Below are positions 63,175 through 64,000 of a stretch of 64,000 nt of DNA, piece after piece. Position numbers and translations under genes: made by a program. The stretch's first letter is position 1. Each line of letters opens with the position of its first letter. The stretch is from Eledone cirrhosa. Its lineage: Eukaryota. The notes under the pieces were generated by a model. That model did not search any database and was not told the origin of the DNA. It was given only the letters and a program-made list of their open reading frames with translations. The stretch lies in assembly GCA_964016885.1 (NCBI GenBank), contig OZ024743.1:317006001-317070000 (forward strand). Direction: 5' to 3'.

Positions 63175-64000
63175 AGTGTTTATATCTACCAGAGTTCAAA
63201 TCCCGCCGAGGTTAACTTTGCCTTTCATCCTTACAGGGTTGATAAAATAAAGTACCAGTAATGTACTGGGGTAATTGCTGGCCTTGTGCCAAAGGTAGAA
63301 ACAATTATAATTTAATGTAAGAACCTTTGTTAAGTTATGTTCCAAACCAGCTTAATAATGACTTTTGGTAATTTAAAAAAAATTATTTTAAAATTCTAAG
63401 CTATTTTTATTAGAAATATGGCAAAGAAAGGGTTATATAGGTTCCTTATTGTTGGTGTTTTATTGTTTCAGAAAACAAGAGTCGGTTTAGGCCAGATTGG
63501 TATCAGAAGAATTAAACTGTATTCTACACTGTCTCCTAATACATTCTAAAATCCTCTCACTCTCTCTCTCTATCTATCTATCCCCCCCCCTCCTCTCTCT
63601 CTATCTATCTATCTCCTCCCTCTCTCTCTCTCTCTTTCCATTAAACTACAACCATGCTTGGGAACCAACTTAAAATGTATTAGTCAGTCATATCAAACTC
63701 CAGTACATATTTCAAATACTGGTCTTACAACAGAAAACCTTTTATATTTTACTTGTTTATATTTATCTAAAAACCTTCCAGCATAATTTTGTGTAAGAAC
63801 AACTAAAACACTCAACAGAGGTCCAACAATAATATTACATTACTTAGTGATTCATTAATTTATTTTTAAATTATTTTAAATATTGATTTTGGAATTTATG
63901 CCATTCAGGATTAGTGATGTATAATTAATACACCCAGATCAGACTTATGTTTTAATCCTTTTGTTTTGCATTTATTTCCATTTCAAAAATATAAATAAAA

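Overview
AT-rich, repeat-dominated animal DNA. It is not prokaryotic. Dense (TA)n/(CA)n/(ATC)n microsatellites, RTE and CR1 LINEs and tRNA-derived SINEs suggest a mollusc, probably an octopus-type cephalopod (inference). Only one plausible host gene is visible: a single-coding-exon, 262-aa, four-TM tetraspanin-like ORF (24599-25387, minus) lacking the canonical CCG motif. The rest is mobile DNA: RTE LINE fragments whose RT carries an inserted C4HC3 PHD-type finger, CR1 LINEs, CORE-type and Meta-like SINEs, two non-autonomous Helitrons, hAT, mariner, pogo and piggyBac-type MITEs, and a probable solo LTR. The most striking signal is a set of sequence-unrelated long foldback elements beside (TA)n tracts. 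Those at 19535-19871 and 32771-33106 carry minimal type I hammerhead ribozyme folds in each arm, so on both strands. A perfect 404-bp palindrome at 26081-26484 carries a variant core. All three are followed by a tail with a shared TGCTTCA motif. There is also a stand-alone hammerhead (20106-20172) and a Penelope-like (PLE) ORF remnant (WYNPPF...NVKLSFS) split by an RTE insertion. Together these point to a PLE-driven family of palindromic, ribozyme-bearing non-autonomous retroelements. All calls were made by eye and no searches were run.
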